Shown in pieces: positions 8,439 through 17,469 of a stretch of DNA of 64,000 nucleotides. Source of the stretch: Alphaproteobacteria bacterium (GTDB lineage: Bacteria; Pseudomonadota; Alphaproteobacteria; Bin95); NCBI GenBank assembly GCA_965205265.1, contig CBDBGH010000003.1, forward strand, positions 4,160,001-4,224,000, given 5' to 3'. The position numbers were made by a program, and so were the translations under genes. Numbering within the stretch: the first letter of the stretch is position 1; each line of letters opens with the position of its first letter. The notes below the pieces were generated by a model. It made no database searches. It had not been told where the DNA came from and was given only the letters and a program-made list of their open reading frames with translations.

Positions 8439-10354
8439 CCTGACTTCGACGGTTGATTCGCATAAGTAGTTGATATTGCCTGGTTCTCATTTCGGCTAGG
8501 CACTACATCCGGCATTTCTTCGAGCCGTGCTTCGTCGACGGTCAGGCGAGTTGATACGGGGTGATCGTCAGGGGCAGCCCCATGGTTGCGTAAATCTGCT
8601 CCGCCGCCGGTGTCGGCTTCGAGGGGATGACGTAGCGGTTGCCCGATTGCCGACAGCGCAGCAGGGAGCACTGGCGGTGGACGAGGGCGGAGCGGATGAC
8701 CTCCGGGGACATCCGCCGCTTCTGGATGGCGACGCGGTACGCAAGGTGTCGAACGCAGGCGAAGGCCAGGAAGGCGATGGCGATGTGAGCGCGGATCCGG
8801 TCCGGGTTCCAGTGCCAGATGGGACGTATCTTCAGGTCGTGTTTGGTGATCCGGAAGCTCTCCTCGACCTGCCAGAGCCCCTGGTAGTGAGCCATCACTT
8901 CGGTGACGCGCGCGTCGCGCAGATTGGTGATGACGCCGGTGAGCCCGTCCCATCGTGCGGCCTCGGCGATCTTCTCCGGGTTCACCGTGAGCCGTGCGTC
9001 GCCCTCGACGGCGATGAAGCGCTTCGCCCCGTGATTGGAGAGCAGTTCCCTGGGATTGTCGCTGCGGGCCAGCCTGTCGAGCAGGCGTTCCACCTGATGG
9101 CGGCGCTCGTGCGCGTCCTTGCGTGCGCGCTGGGGGCAGAAGACGACGATCAGGCGACGGCCCTTGTACTCCCACTCGCCGACCCGGCGGTCCTGTGAGC
9201 CCTCCAGCGGGGCATAGGTCCCGGGGTCGAGAACCTGCCCCAGCAGCGCGAGCGGCAGCTTGCGCAGCCGCGCGCCGACGACATACTCGCCGCCGATGGC
9301 GTCCATGGCGTCGAGGTTGTCGGCGCTCAGCATGCCCCGGTCGGCCACGCATACCGTGCGCTCCACCTGGTGGCGGCGCTGCATGTCCTGCAGGACCGGG
9401 ACCATGCTGTGTCCCTCGTAGGTGGCGCCGGGGAAGACCTCGTAGCTGATCGGCAGCCCTTCGCGCGTCACCATCAGCGCCAGCAGAACCTGCGAGTCCT
9501 TGTGTTTGCCGTCCTTGCTGAAGCCGTGCTGGCGAAGCTCGTCCTCGGCGGCCGTCTCGAAGTAGAGCGTGGTGCAATCGAAGAAGAGGATCGCGACCGG
9601 CTCCGGCAGCAGCGACCGGCTCGCCTCGCCGACGCGCGTGCGCAGTCGCTCGATCACCGTCGCGTCGAGCTGATCCATCATCCGGTAGACCTTCTCGAGC
9701 GGAAGACTCACGCCGAAGTCCTCCTCGAGCCGGCGCACGCTGCCCCGCTTGCTGTCGGGGTTGGCTACCCGCGCCATCACCACATGGAACAGCGCGTCAT
9801 GGGAGGCCCGGTAGCGCGAGCGCGGCAGCAGCGCGTCGAGGCCCAGCAGCCGGTAGATCTCGCCATAGACCTCGTGGATGCCTGTGATCAGGCGCTGCTC
9901 CTCTTCAAGCTGCTTGAGGTCGACCGGGAGTTCCTCCTTGCCGTCCCCCCGGCGGCCGACACGGATCGCCTGCTCAGCGATCTTCTCGGGCGCAAACAAT
10001 GCCGGCTGACGCTCGTCCTCCAGCTTCGCCTTGACGTACTCGCCGAGCTGCCTCAGGCGCTCGAGCTCGTCCTCGTCCATGGCCACGCCGACATGGCGGA
10101 CGATGCGCTGTCGGACCTTGCCGCCGTCGCGCACGGCCTCGACGATCTGGACCGAGCGTCGCGGGCTGTTGGGGGAGGTCTTGATGCGCACGAACATGGG
10201 GGGAGTGTAGCGCGTGGCGGAGGCATTGACAGTCTCAAAGATTTACTAGGCACTACAACGCAGCTTGACCGCACCGCAACTGCCAACTCATTGGCTTTAC
10301 TGAAAACTCCAGACGCGAGATCGGTCAGAAGTCAGCCCAACCGTCGAAGTCAGG
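8439..10354 (-). mobile_element. IS1634-family insertion sequence, copy 1 (1916 bp)
   Basis: 17 bp terminal inverted repeat CCTGACTTCGACGGTTG, a single DDE transposase, long flanking direct repeat. Confidence 0.93.
8542..10197 (-). CDS. IS1634-family transposase (551 aa)
   Basis: FFDCTTLYFE, GFSKDGK, VADRGM, LWQVEESFRITK, RIRAHIAIAFLA. Confidence 0.93.
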   Translation of the reverse strand: MFVRIKTSPNSPRRSVQIVEAVRDGGKVRQRIVRHVGVAMDEDELERLRQLGEYVKAKLEDERQPALFAPEKIAEQAIRVGRRGDGKEELPVDLKQLEEEQRLITGIHEVYGEIYRLLGLDALLPRSRYRASHDALFHVVMARVANPDSKRGSVRRLEEDFGVSLPLEKVYRMMDQLDATVIERLRTRVGEASRSLLPEPVAILFFDCTTLYFETAAEDELRQHGFSKDGKHKDSQVLLALMVTREGLPISYEVFPGATYEGHSMVPVLQDMQRRHQVERTVCVADRGMLSADNLDAMDAIGGEYVVGARLRKLPLALLGQVLDPGTYAPLEGSQDRRVGEWEYKGRRLIVVFCPQRARKDAHERRHQVERLLDRLARSDNPRELLSNHGAKRFIAVEGDARLTVNPEKIAEAARWDGLTGVITNLRDARVTEVMAHYQGLWQVEESFRITKHDLKIRPIWHWNPDRIRAHIAIAFLAFACVRHLAYRVAIQKRRMSPEVIRSALVHRQCSLLRCRQSGNRYVIPSKPTPAAEQIYATMGLPLTITPYQLA

Positions 10355-10394
10355 AGATGTCTCGCGCCTGTTCCGACTGCGCCTCACGGAAACG

Positions 10395-11201
10395 TTGGCG
10401 CAGTCGGGACTGTCCCGTTCGGCGCTCGCCCGCCGGGCCGGCATAGACCGCTCGACCTTGTCCCAGCTTCTCTCCGACGACATGGACAGGCTGCCCCGCG
10501 CCGATACGGTCGCGGCTATCGCAACGGAATTGCGCGTCAGCCTCGACTGGCTGCTCGGTCTCAGCAATGTGGAGCGGCTCGGCGCTGATATTCTCCATGA
10601 GTCGCTGCAGATCGCCGAAAGCGCGCAGACGCCGGTGGACGAGATGCTGGTGCGCTGGTTCGAGGAGGCCGCCGGCTACAAGATGCGCTACGTGCCGACC
10701 ACGATCCCGGACATCGCCAAGACCGAGGAGGTGCTCCGCCACGAATACCGCCACTTCCGCTCCCGGGCTCCCGACCGCGCCATCAGCGCGTCGCGCGACA
10801 AGCTGGAGCATGTCCGGCTGCCGGAGGCGGACATGGAGATCTGCATATCCAGGCAGGCGCTGGAGACACTGGCCGCCGGCGGGGGCATATGGCGCACCCT
10901 GGACTCCTCCGCGCGGCTGAGGCAGCTCGACCGGCTGACCGAGGTCGTGGACGAACTCTATCCCGGCCTGCGCATGTATCTGTTCGACGGCCTGACGCAT
11001 TATTCGGCACCCTACACCATCTTCGGGCGCCAGCGGGCCGCGCTCTATGTCGGCCAGTTCTACCTGGTGTTCAACACGACGGAGCATATCGCCGTGCTGA
11101 ACCGGCATTTCGACGACCTTATCCGCGCCGCCGTCGTCCAGCCGACTGAGCTTGCATCCTTCCTCGCGCAGTTGCGAGACGGGATGGGCGGCGGCGGATG
11201 A
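10395..11201 (+). CDS. Downstream remnant of the XRE regulator with HTH intact; possibly translatable from an internal TTG
   Basis: The duplication re-creates all but the first 11 nt of the gene after the IS; in-frame TTG at 10395. Confidence 0.55.
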   Translation: MAQSGLSRSALARRAGIDRSTLSQLLSDDMDRLPRADTVAAIATELRVSLDWLLGLSNVERLGADILHESLQIAESAQTPVDEMLVRWFEEAAGYKMRYVPTTIPDIAKTEEVLRHEYRHFRSRAPDRAISASRDKLEHVRLPEADMEICISRQALETLAAGGGIWRTLDSSARLRQLDRLTEVVDELYPGLRMYLFDGLTHYSAPYTIFGRQRAALYVGQFYLVFNTTEHIAVLNRHFDDLIRAAVVQPTELASFLAQLRDGMGGGG

Positions 11202-11980
11202 GGGGTCCTTTGCGTCACGCGGGCCTGCCGATGTACGGCGAGGTCGAGTTCCGTCCGGCCGTACAGCGCTGGTGGACGGGCCTCGCCGGGCATCTGAGGA
11301 CGTGCGGTGTCGAGGGCGTTCCCGACCTGCTGGCCTGGCCGGAGGACCGCTACCGCCAATGGCGCGACCCCGGCCTCCTGCTCGGCCAGACATGCGGCTT
11401 TCCGCTGGTGAACTATCTCGCCACCGATGTGAAACTCGTCGCGACGCCCCACTACAGCGCGCCCGGATGCGACGGCCCCCGCTATGCCGCGCATGTCGTC
11501 GTTCGCGAAGACGGCCGGGCGCGCAGCCTCGGCGATCTGCGCGGCGCGCGGCTTAGCGTAAACGGCGAGGACTCATACTCGGGCTACCATGTCTGGCGGC
11601 ACCTGCTGCCCGCGGGCGAGGAGGTGCGGACCTTCTTCCGGGAAGTCGCTGCAACCGGCTCCCACCGCGCCAGCGTCCGCAGCGTGCTCGCCGGAGAGGC
11701 GGATGCCTGCGCGGTCGATTGCGTAACCCACGCCCTGCTCTCCGACTGGCTCGGCGGCGCGCTCCGCGGCTCCCGGATCCTCGCGACTTCCCCGACAGCG
11801 CCGGGCCTGCCCTACGTGACCGGCGCCGCGACGCCCGACGACGAAGTCCGGAGGCTCCGCGAGGGGCTGTTCGCCGCCCTGGCCGACCCGGCGCTCGGGC
11901 CTGCACGCGAAGCGCTGCGGCTTGCCGGCGCAAGCATCCTCGACCCCGGCGACTATCGACGGGCTTTCCTCGATCCGTGA
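11198..11980 (+). CDS. PhnD/phosphonate-type substrate-binding-like protein (no obvious signal peptide)
   Basis: LPMY, LLLGQTCGFP, DSYSGY, TGSHRASV, AVDCVT. Confidence 0.7.
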   Translation: MRGPLRHAGLPMYGEVEFRPAVQRWWTGLAGHLRTCGVEGVPDLLAWPEDRYRQWRDPGLLLGQTCGFPLVNYLATDVKLVATPHYSAPGCDGPRYAAHVVVREDGRARSLGDLRGARLSVNGEDSYSGYHVWRHLLPAGEEVRTFFREVAATGSHRASVRSVLAGEADACAVDCVTHALLSDWLGGALRGSRILATSPTAPGLPYVTGAATPDDEVRRLREGLFAALADPALGPAREALRLAGASILDPGDYRRAFLDP

Positions 11981-12085
11981 TCCCGGGCCCGTTCGACCGT
12001 GGCCATGCGCTGAAGCGGGCGATTGACAAGCCGGTCCGGCGGGGCGAGTGCTGCGCCGGACCGCCCAATGGAGAAGAGTTCCCCC

Positions 12086-12946
12086 ATGCCCGAACCCAGC
12101 GTTTGCCCCCGCCGGTCGTTCATCTTCACGCCGGGCCTGCGCCCCGATATGTATCCGAAAGCGCTTGCGACCGGGGCGGACATTGTCTGCGTCGAGCTTG
12201 AGGACGGGATCGCGCCCAAGGACAAGCCGGCCGCGCGCGCCAATACGATGAAGCTCTTCGAGAGCCCGCAGGCCGACGACGGGGTCGAGCGGGTCGTCCG
12301 CATCAACTCGCTGCGCGAGAGTTTCGGCATGGCGGACGTGCAGGCCGTGCTGGAGGCCGACACACCCCCGCCCGCGCTGATGCTGCCCAAGGTGCGCACG
12401 CCGGACGAGGTGGCGCTGCTCGACGACCTGCTGAGCGAACGCGGCCACGACACCCGCCTGCATGTCATCATCGAGACCAATGCCGGGCTCGAGGCCGCCT
12501 GGGACATCGCCCATTCGAGCCCGCGCATCGACGCCCTGTTCTTCGGCGGCGTGGACATGGCCGCGGAGCTTCGCTGCGAGAACGCATGGGAGCCGCTGCT
12601 CTACGCCCGCTCGCGCGTGGTCCATGCCGCCGCCGGCGCCGGACTGGACGCCATCGACGTGCCCTATCTGGACCTCGAGGACCCGGACGGCATGGAGCGC
12701 GCCGCAATTCAGGCGCGGGAGCTCGGCTTTTCCGGCAAGGGCGCGGTGCATCCCCGTCAGATCGCGGCGCTCAACGCCGTGTTCACGCCCTCGGCCGAAC
12801 GCATCGCGCGGGCGCGGCGCATCATCGCCGAGTTCGAGGCCGCCGACACGGGGCTGGTGGTGATCGACGGCAAGCTCATCGAGAAGCCGGTCCTGCGCGA
12901 GATGCACCGCATCGTCGCCATCGCCGACCGGACCGGCGCCGGATAG
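12086..12946 (+). CDS. CitE/HpcH aldolase-citrate lyase family (malyl/citryl-CoA lyase-like)
   Basis: RRSFIFTPG, ELEDGIAP, VRIN, LPKV, IIET, GFSGKGAVHPRQI. Confidence 0.88.
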   Translation: MPEPSVCPRRSFIFTPGLRPDMYPKALATGADIVCVELEDGIAPKDKPAARANTMKLFESPQADDGVERVVRINSLRESFGMADVQAVLEADTPPPALMLPKVRTPDEVALLDDLLSERGHDTRLHVIIETNAGLEAAWDIAHSSPRIDALFFGGVDMAAELRCENAWEPLLYARSRVVHAAAGAGLDAIDVPYLDLEDPDGMERAAIQARELGFSGKGAVHPRQIAALNAVFTPSAERIARARRIIAEFEAADTGLVVIDGKLIEKPVLREMHRIVAIADRTGAG

Positions 12947-13122
12947 GCGCCTGCGCCGTCGAAGCCGGGCCGGGCGCCGAAGACAGGCGGCTGGGAGCCT
13001 CCCGTCCCGGGATATAGCAAGTGTCATAAGTCCTGGTTCTTATAGCAAAACGCTATAGCACAGCCCTTCGGACACTGAAACTTTCGTCTGCGAAACCGGA
13101 AGGATTCGCAAAGGCGAGCGTC

Positions 13123-13776
13123 GTGGATTCGAAGAATTTCCCCAAAGAGACATCCCCTCTTCTCCGGCGACTGGCAGTCGTCCTGAGTGGTTTCCTGATG
13201 ACGCTGGTCCTCCTGATGAGCAACGGAATCCAGTTCCTGGGTGGTAAGGCGCCGCTTCACGTTGTTCAGGAAGCCCGCGCCAACAGTGGAGACGGGGACG
13301 GCGATGGAGATGGAGATGGAGACGGAGACGGAGACGGAGACGGTGATGGGGACGGCGATGGAGATGGAGATGGAGACGGAGACGGCGACGGAGATGGAGA
13401 CGGAGATGGAGACGGAGACGGAGACGGAGACGGTGATGGGGACGGCGATGGAGACGGAGACGGAGACGGTGATGGGGACGGCGATGGAGATGGAGATGGA
13501 GACGGAGACGGCGACGGTGATGGGGACGGCGATGGAGACGGAGACGGCGATGGGGACGGCGATGGAGATGGGGATGGAGACGGAGACGGCGATGGGGACG
13601 GCGATGGCGATGGAGACGGCGATGGAGACGGAGACGGCGACGGCGACGGCGACGGCGATGGGGACGGAGACGGCGATGGGGATGGCGATAGCGGGAGGGG
13701 TGGCGGTGGCGAGGAAGCGGGCGGCCGTTCTGGCGGCAGCGACCTTGCTGACAGCCTGCGCGGCGGGAGCTTCTGA
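13123..13776 (+). CDS. Membrane-anchored or secreted (Gly-Asp)67 repeat protein
   Basis: Basic then hydrophobic N-terminus ([18 protein letters not shown]), possible A-R-A cleavage site, 134 aa pure GD tract, short tail ending [11 protein letters not shown]. Confidence 0.7.
   Translation: MDSKNFPKETSPLLRRLAVVLSGFLMTLVLLMSNGIQFLGGKAPLHVVQEARANSGDGDGDGDGDGDGDGDGDGDGDGDGDGDGDGDGDGDGDGDGDGDGDGDGDGDGDGDGDGDGDGDGDGDGDGDGDGDGDGDGDGDGDGDGDGDGDGDGDGDGDGDGDGDGDGDGDGDGDGDGDGDGDGDGDGDGDSGRGGGGEEAGGRSGGSDLADSLRGGSF
13288..13689 (+). repeat. 402 bp hexamer repeat (GGN GAY)x67
   Basis: Variation is confined to third positions of the GD frame (GGA/GGG/GGC/GGT; GAC/GAT). Confidence 0.95.
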
Positions 13777-13954
13777 GACCGGGGCAGTTCGGACCTGTCC
13801 GTCCCTGGTCGCATATTCTGCGGAGTTTCGGGAACGGGCCGCTGACGAGATCGAACGATTGCCCAGGGACTCCGCGGTCGTTGCAATGCTGGCGGACTAT
13901 GCTTCGATGAGACAACAGACACGCGCCTGTATCGGAAGCGAGGCGGACTCCTGA
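13706..13954 (+). CDS. Small lipoprotein, Rz1/o-spanin-like
   Basis: GGAGG then GTG start; [18 protein letters not shown] lipobox; CPSLVAYS...[14 protein letters not shown]; overlaps the GD gene by 71 nt in the +1 frame. Confidence 0.7.
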   Translation: MARKRAAVLAAATLLTACAAGASETGAVRTCPSLVAYSAEFRERAADEIERLPRDSAVVAMLADYASMRQQTRACIGSEADS

Positions 13955-13980
13955 AAAACCGAGCCGGGGGAGGAAGGACA

Positions 13981-14610
13981 ATGGCCCGATACGGTTTCGC
14001 GCACCGAAGCGCCCGCTTCGCCAGGATCGCCGAGTGCGTGGATATCGCTCCGCTGCTGGAAGAGCTGGATGCGGGATCGGATATGTGGTCCGTGGACACA
14101 AGCCGCCAGCGGAAGGTCCGGTGCCAGCGCCACACCCGGAACATCTTCCTGCGAGCGCCGAAAAAACCCCTTCCGCCGGGCGCAAAGAACGCCAACGATG
14201 TCCATGAAAGCCGCCTCACGTCAGCGGCTGGCAGGTTTCCCCTTGCTTTGGCGTTCTGCGAGCGGGTCGCCGCCGAACTCGACGCGGAGCTCGGGCGGGC
14301 GACCCTGGTAACGCTGCTTCCGAAGAGCCGGGTCTACCCGCATGTCGATGCCGGAGCCTACTACCGGGTCCGGGACCGCCTGCATCTTGTGCTCAAGAGC
14401 CCGCAGGGAAGTCCGCTTACCGCCGGCGACGAGACCGTCGTCATGCGCGAGGGAGAGCTCTGGGCATTCGACAACAAGGCCCGGCATTTCGCCGACAATC
14501 CCTCCAGCAGGCCCCGCGTGCATCTGATTTTCGATGTCCTGCCGGCTCCGGGCCGCGGCTTCTACGCCTTGCCCCTTCCCGCCGGGAGCCCGCCATCGTT
14601 ACGCATTTGA
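13981..14610 (+). CDS. Aspartyl/asparaginyl beta-hydroxylase-domain Fe(II)/2OG dioxygenase
   Basis: HxD (VYPHVDAG), [25 protein letters not shown]; strong RBS. Confidence 0.8.
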   Translation: MARYGFAHRSARFARIAECVDIAPLLEELDAGSDMWSVDTSRQRKVRCQRHTRNIFLRAPKKPLPPGAKNANDVHESRLTSAAGRFPLALAFCERVAAELDAELGRATLVTLLPKSRVYPHVDAGAYYRVRDRLHLVLKSPQGSPLTAGDETVVMREGELWAFDNKARHFADNPSSRPRVHLIFDVLPAPGRGFYALPLPAGSPPSLRI

Positions 14611-16161
14611 AGAGCGTCCGCCGAATTCCATCGGGCGGAGAACCTTGATCGCTGCCGCCAGGGCATGCGCCGCCGAGTCCACCCGCACCGCGTTGTCGTA
14701 AACTTCCGTTCGCAGCGCTCCCAGAACACGCTCCGGCCGGGCGACGTAGAACATGTCGCGCCAGTTCCGAAACTGGAGTTGCCCGAGCGACCTCAATCCG
14801 CGCCGGATGGCGCGCTCGTAAGCCGCCGCCCGTCGTTTTTCTCCGAGCGCGCGGGCAAGCGCCGCGGCGTCCGCCAGCCCTTCCAGATACGCCCCGGTGG
14901 AGGCGGCGTGCGGGGGACCGAACTCGGGACGGCGCGGATCGTAGAACCTGCCGCGCATGTCGGCCTCGAGTCCGTCCCACTGCTGCATCGGCAGGAGCCA
15001 GTCGTTCATCTCCAGAACGAAATCCGCAAATTCGCGGCGACCGGTCTGCGCGTACAATGACGCGCAAGCCTGCGTATGCCAGGGTACGAAGGCCGGGTTC
15101 CGTTTCCTGCGGTGCCTCTCGCGGCACCGCTCGAATGCCGCCTTGCAACGCTCGACGGTCGGCGCCAGCGGAAACCTTCGTCGAAGCGCCTCGGCCCAGA
15201 ACAGCAGCGCTTCGCCGGAATAGAAGTTCCAGTTCTCGCCGTCGCGCTCTGCCGGGAAGAAGAACGTGCGGAACCCAAGCTCGCTATGCACCAGCGAGTC
15301 GATGCCCGCCGTCAGCATGGCCAGCTCCTCCGCAAATTCTTCCCTTGCGGGGTTCTCCAGAATGGCCAGCCCCGCGAGCGCAGCAGCGCCGAGCTTCGCT
15401 CCGCTGCGTTCCACAATCGCGCCTCGGCCATCGCCGAGCGGCCGAAAATACCGGGCCAGATTGAAGCGGAGGTTCAGCCGCGCCGCTTCCCGGATTTCGG
15501 CGGAATCGCGCAGCTTCGCCAGACGGGCGAGCGCCAGAGACGCCAGGAAGCGGCGAAGGGCATTGTCTGCGGGCGATTCCTCGCCCCGGCTCGGCCAGTA
15601 TTTGTAGGGGAGCGCCCCGTCGGCATCGAGATTGCGAAGCATCCACTCGCCGATTCCGTCTGCGAGGTCCGCCGCGCGCTCGCCGTCGCCGGTCGCCGCG
15701 GCTTCGACCGGCGTCCCGCCGCGAAAGAGTTCCACGGGCGGACGCCCGCTCCCCGGAGGCAACAGATACTGCCTTGCGGCAAAGGACCGGAGGCCGCCTT
15801 CGGCCGCGAAGTCTTCGCGGCTGGCTCCTCGTTCTTCGAGAAACCTCTCGAGAGCGCGGTCGAAGCCGAGATTCGCCGCCAGCATGCGCGTCGGCGCGAG
15901 GCGGAGAAACGCGCCCCGGAATTCGATCTCCATCCCCACCAGGCCGCGGACGCGCGGATAAAAGACCCGCGCGAAACGCTTCTGCGCAACGCGCCGGAAG
16001 TTGCCGGCGACGCATACCTCAACCGCTTCGTCGGCGCGCGCGCCGACAAGCTTGCGCAGGTCCGCCAGCGCATCGCAATCGACCCAGCCGGCGCGGCGCG
16101 CCGCCCCGTTTCGACGAATGCAGAACCAGGTATCGCCGTCCGGGCTCCGCCGGGGGTTCAA
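14599..16161 (-). CDS. Alpha/alpha-toroid (six-hairpin glycosidase-like) protein of unknown function
   Basis: GALPYKYWPS, NFYSGEALLFW, FVPWHTQA, STGAYLEGLADA, VRVDSAAH; start placed at a TTG overlapping the luxR stop, preceded by GGAGG. Confidence 0.55.
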   Translation of the reverse strand: MNPRRSPDGDTWFCIRRNGAARRAGWVDCDALADLRKLVGARADEAVEVCVAGNFRRVAQKRFARVFYPRVRGLVGMEIEFRGAFLRLAPTRMLAANLGFDRALERFLEERGASREDFAAEGGLRSFAARQYLLPPGSGRPPVELFRGGTPVEAAATGDGERAADLADGIGEWMLRNLDADGALPYKYWPSRGEESPADNALRRFLASLALARLAKLRDSAEIREAARLNLRFNLARYFRPLGDGRGAIVERSGAKLGAAALAGLAILENPAREEFAEELAMLTAGIDSLVHSELGFRTFFFPAERDGENWNFYSGEALLFWAEALRRRFPLAPTVERCKAAFERCRERHRRKRNPAFVPWHTQACASLYAQTGRREFADFVLEMNDWLLPMQQWDGLEADMRGRFYDPRRPEFGPPHAASTGAYLEGLADAAALARALGEKRRAAAYERAIRRGLRSLGQLQFRNWRDMFYVARPERVLGALRTEVYDNAVRVDSAAHALAAAIKVLRPMEFGGRSSNA

Positions 16162-17033
16162 CCCGCCTCCCGCCCGCTGTCCGGCCCTTCCTCGCGAGGC
16201 GAAGAGTCGCTGGGAATGGACATGAGCAGCGGCTGAAGGATCTCGGCCACGAATTCCGCCCTCCCGCTGACGCCGGCCTTTGCATAGAGCGATGTGGCCT
16301 GCAATCGCGCGGTGCTTTCCTTGACTCCCCGGATCCTGGCAATCTCGGAGAAGCGGAACCCCTTGATGATGAACCAGGCAACGTCTCTTTCGCTGCGCGT
16401 CATCCGCCACTCGGCCATCCGCTCGTCGATGCTTTCTGCGAGCGCCGTGGAAAACAACCTGTTCCGGCGTTCTTCGCGATTCAGCCGCACACGCAAACGG
16501 CGCAGGTCCCTGAGGCCGAGGACAAGCGCTATCGATACGCCGATGAACACGACGAGTTCGGTGATGAAGTGGAACGACCCGTACTCGTCTTCGTACAACC
16601 AGTCCGCAACGAGGTCGTAGGCAAAGAACAGTATCGCGCATGCAAGCACGGTGTCGGTGATTATCATAAAGGGCGCATATTTGCTGGCGTAGCGCGCTTT
16701 TGTGGTGCGCACGACAAACAGCGTGAGACAGGCGCGGCCGGGTTTATGACGGGGGCCGAGGACGGAAGGAGGGCGTAGCCCGACCGGAGTCCTCGGCCCC
16801 CGTCGCGTTGAGATTTTCGCCTCCCGGAGGGCGGCGACGTCCTGGCGACCGGGTTGGCCGTTCCCGGGCTGCGGCAGGGGGTAGACTGGGGCTTCTGAGA
16901 ACGATGCGGCGCCGGCCCCGTTGGCTTGGTGGCAACGACCGGCGCCGCACCCCCCGAGCCATGCAAGGCGCGGCCCGGAAGCGCAGTATCGTGCGCGTCC
17001 GGGCGTGGGTCCACCCCGTTCTCATCGGTCGCG

Positions 17034-17468
17034 ATGAGGAACGCCGCCCGCCTGTTCACCTGCGCCCTGTGCCGCCGCCAGGTGGTTCTCTGCCGGCGCT
17101 GCGACTCTGGCCATATCTACTGTTCGCCGCGTTGCAGCGGGCGGGCGCGGCGTCGGTCGGTGCGCCTTGCGGGGCAGCGCTACCAGAACAGCCGCCGGGG
17201 CCGTCACAAGCATGCCGAGCGCCAGCGGCGCTACCGCGAACGGCGCCGTGTGCGGCAGCCGGCAGTTCGGGCCATCGCGCAGAAAGTGACGCATCACCCT
17301 TTGACCGTCGCGCGCCGGCGTCCTGATGTGGCGCGCATACCGGCGGGGCGGTCCGGAACCCGGCCCTTCGGGCCCGACCGTCCCGCCCGGGTGTTCCGCT
17401 GCGAGCGCTGCGGTCGGTTCTGCGGCCTGGCGGTCTATCCGGGCCTGCGCCAGGCGCGAAGGGAGTGA
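17034..17468 (+). CDS. Cys-rich basic protein (putative zinc finger) upstream of istA
   Basis: CxxC...CxxC...CxxxC and a C-terminal CxxC; ends 1 nt before istA. Confidence 0.6.
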   Translation: MRNAARLFTCALCRRQVVLCRRCDSGHIYCSPRCSGRARRRSVRLAGQRYQNSRRGRHKHAERQRRYRERRRVRQPAVRAIAQKVTHHPLTVARRRPDVARIPAGRSGTRPFGPDRPARVFRCERCGRFCGLAVYPGLRQARRE

Positions 17469-17469
17469 G

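Larger units (their letters stand above)
8290..11201 (+). pseudogene. XRE/HTH transcriptional regulator interrupted by IS1634 copy 1
   Basis: Native ATG at 8290 (MDRRDVSRLFRLRLTETLAQSGLSRSALARRAGIDRSTLSQLL); the reading frame resumes after the IS. Confidence 0.85.

Noticed and set aside
9370-10446. Long antisense and alternate-frame ORFs in every IS1634 copy (also 60468-62462 and 35207-36853)
   Set aside because: Shadow ORFs of a GC-rich transposase gene, with ends that vary with the flanking DNA
13288-13689. Possible CRISPR or other spacer array
   Set aside because: Continuous hexamer repeat with no unique spacers and no cas genes
13241-14219. Poly-ME/TE ORF (13241-13954 +), poly-SP ORF (13266-14219 -) and poly-R/H/L ORF (13040-14185 -)
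   Set aside because: These are alternative frames of the GGNGAY repeat. The GD frame has a signal/TM segment and is co-oriented with the operon; only the last 82 aa of the ME/TE frame (the lipoprotein) is accepted
16162-16712. 680 aa ORF starting at 16641 and a luxR start at 16712
   Set aside because: The extension overlaps luxR in another frame. The 16712 start lies inside the IS21 end; the real luxR 5' end is beyond 20738
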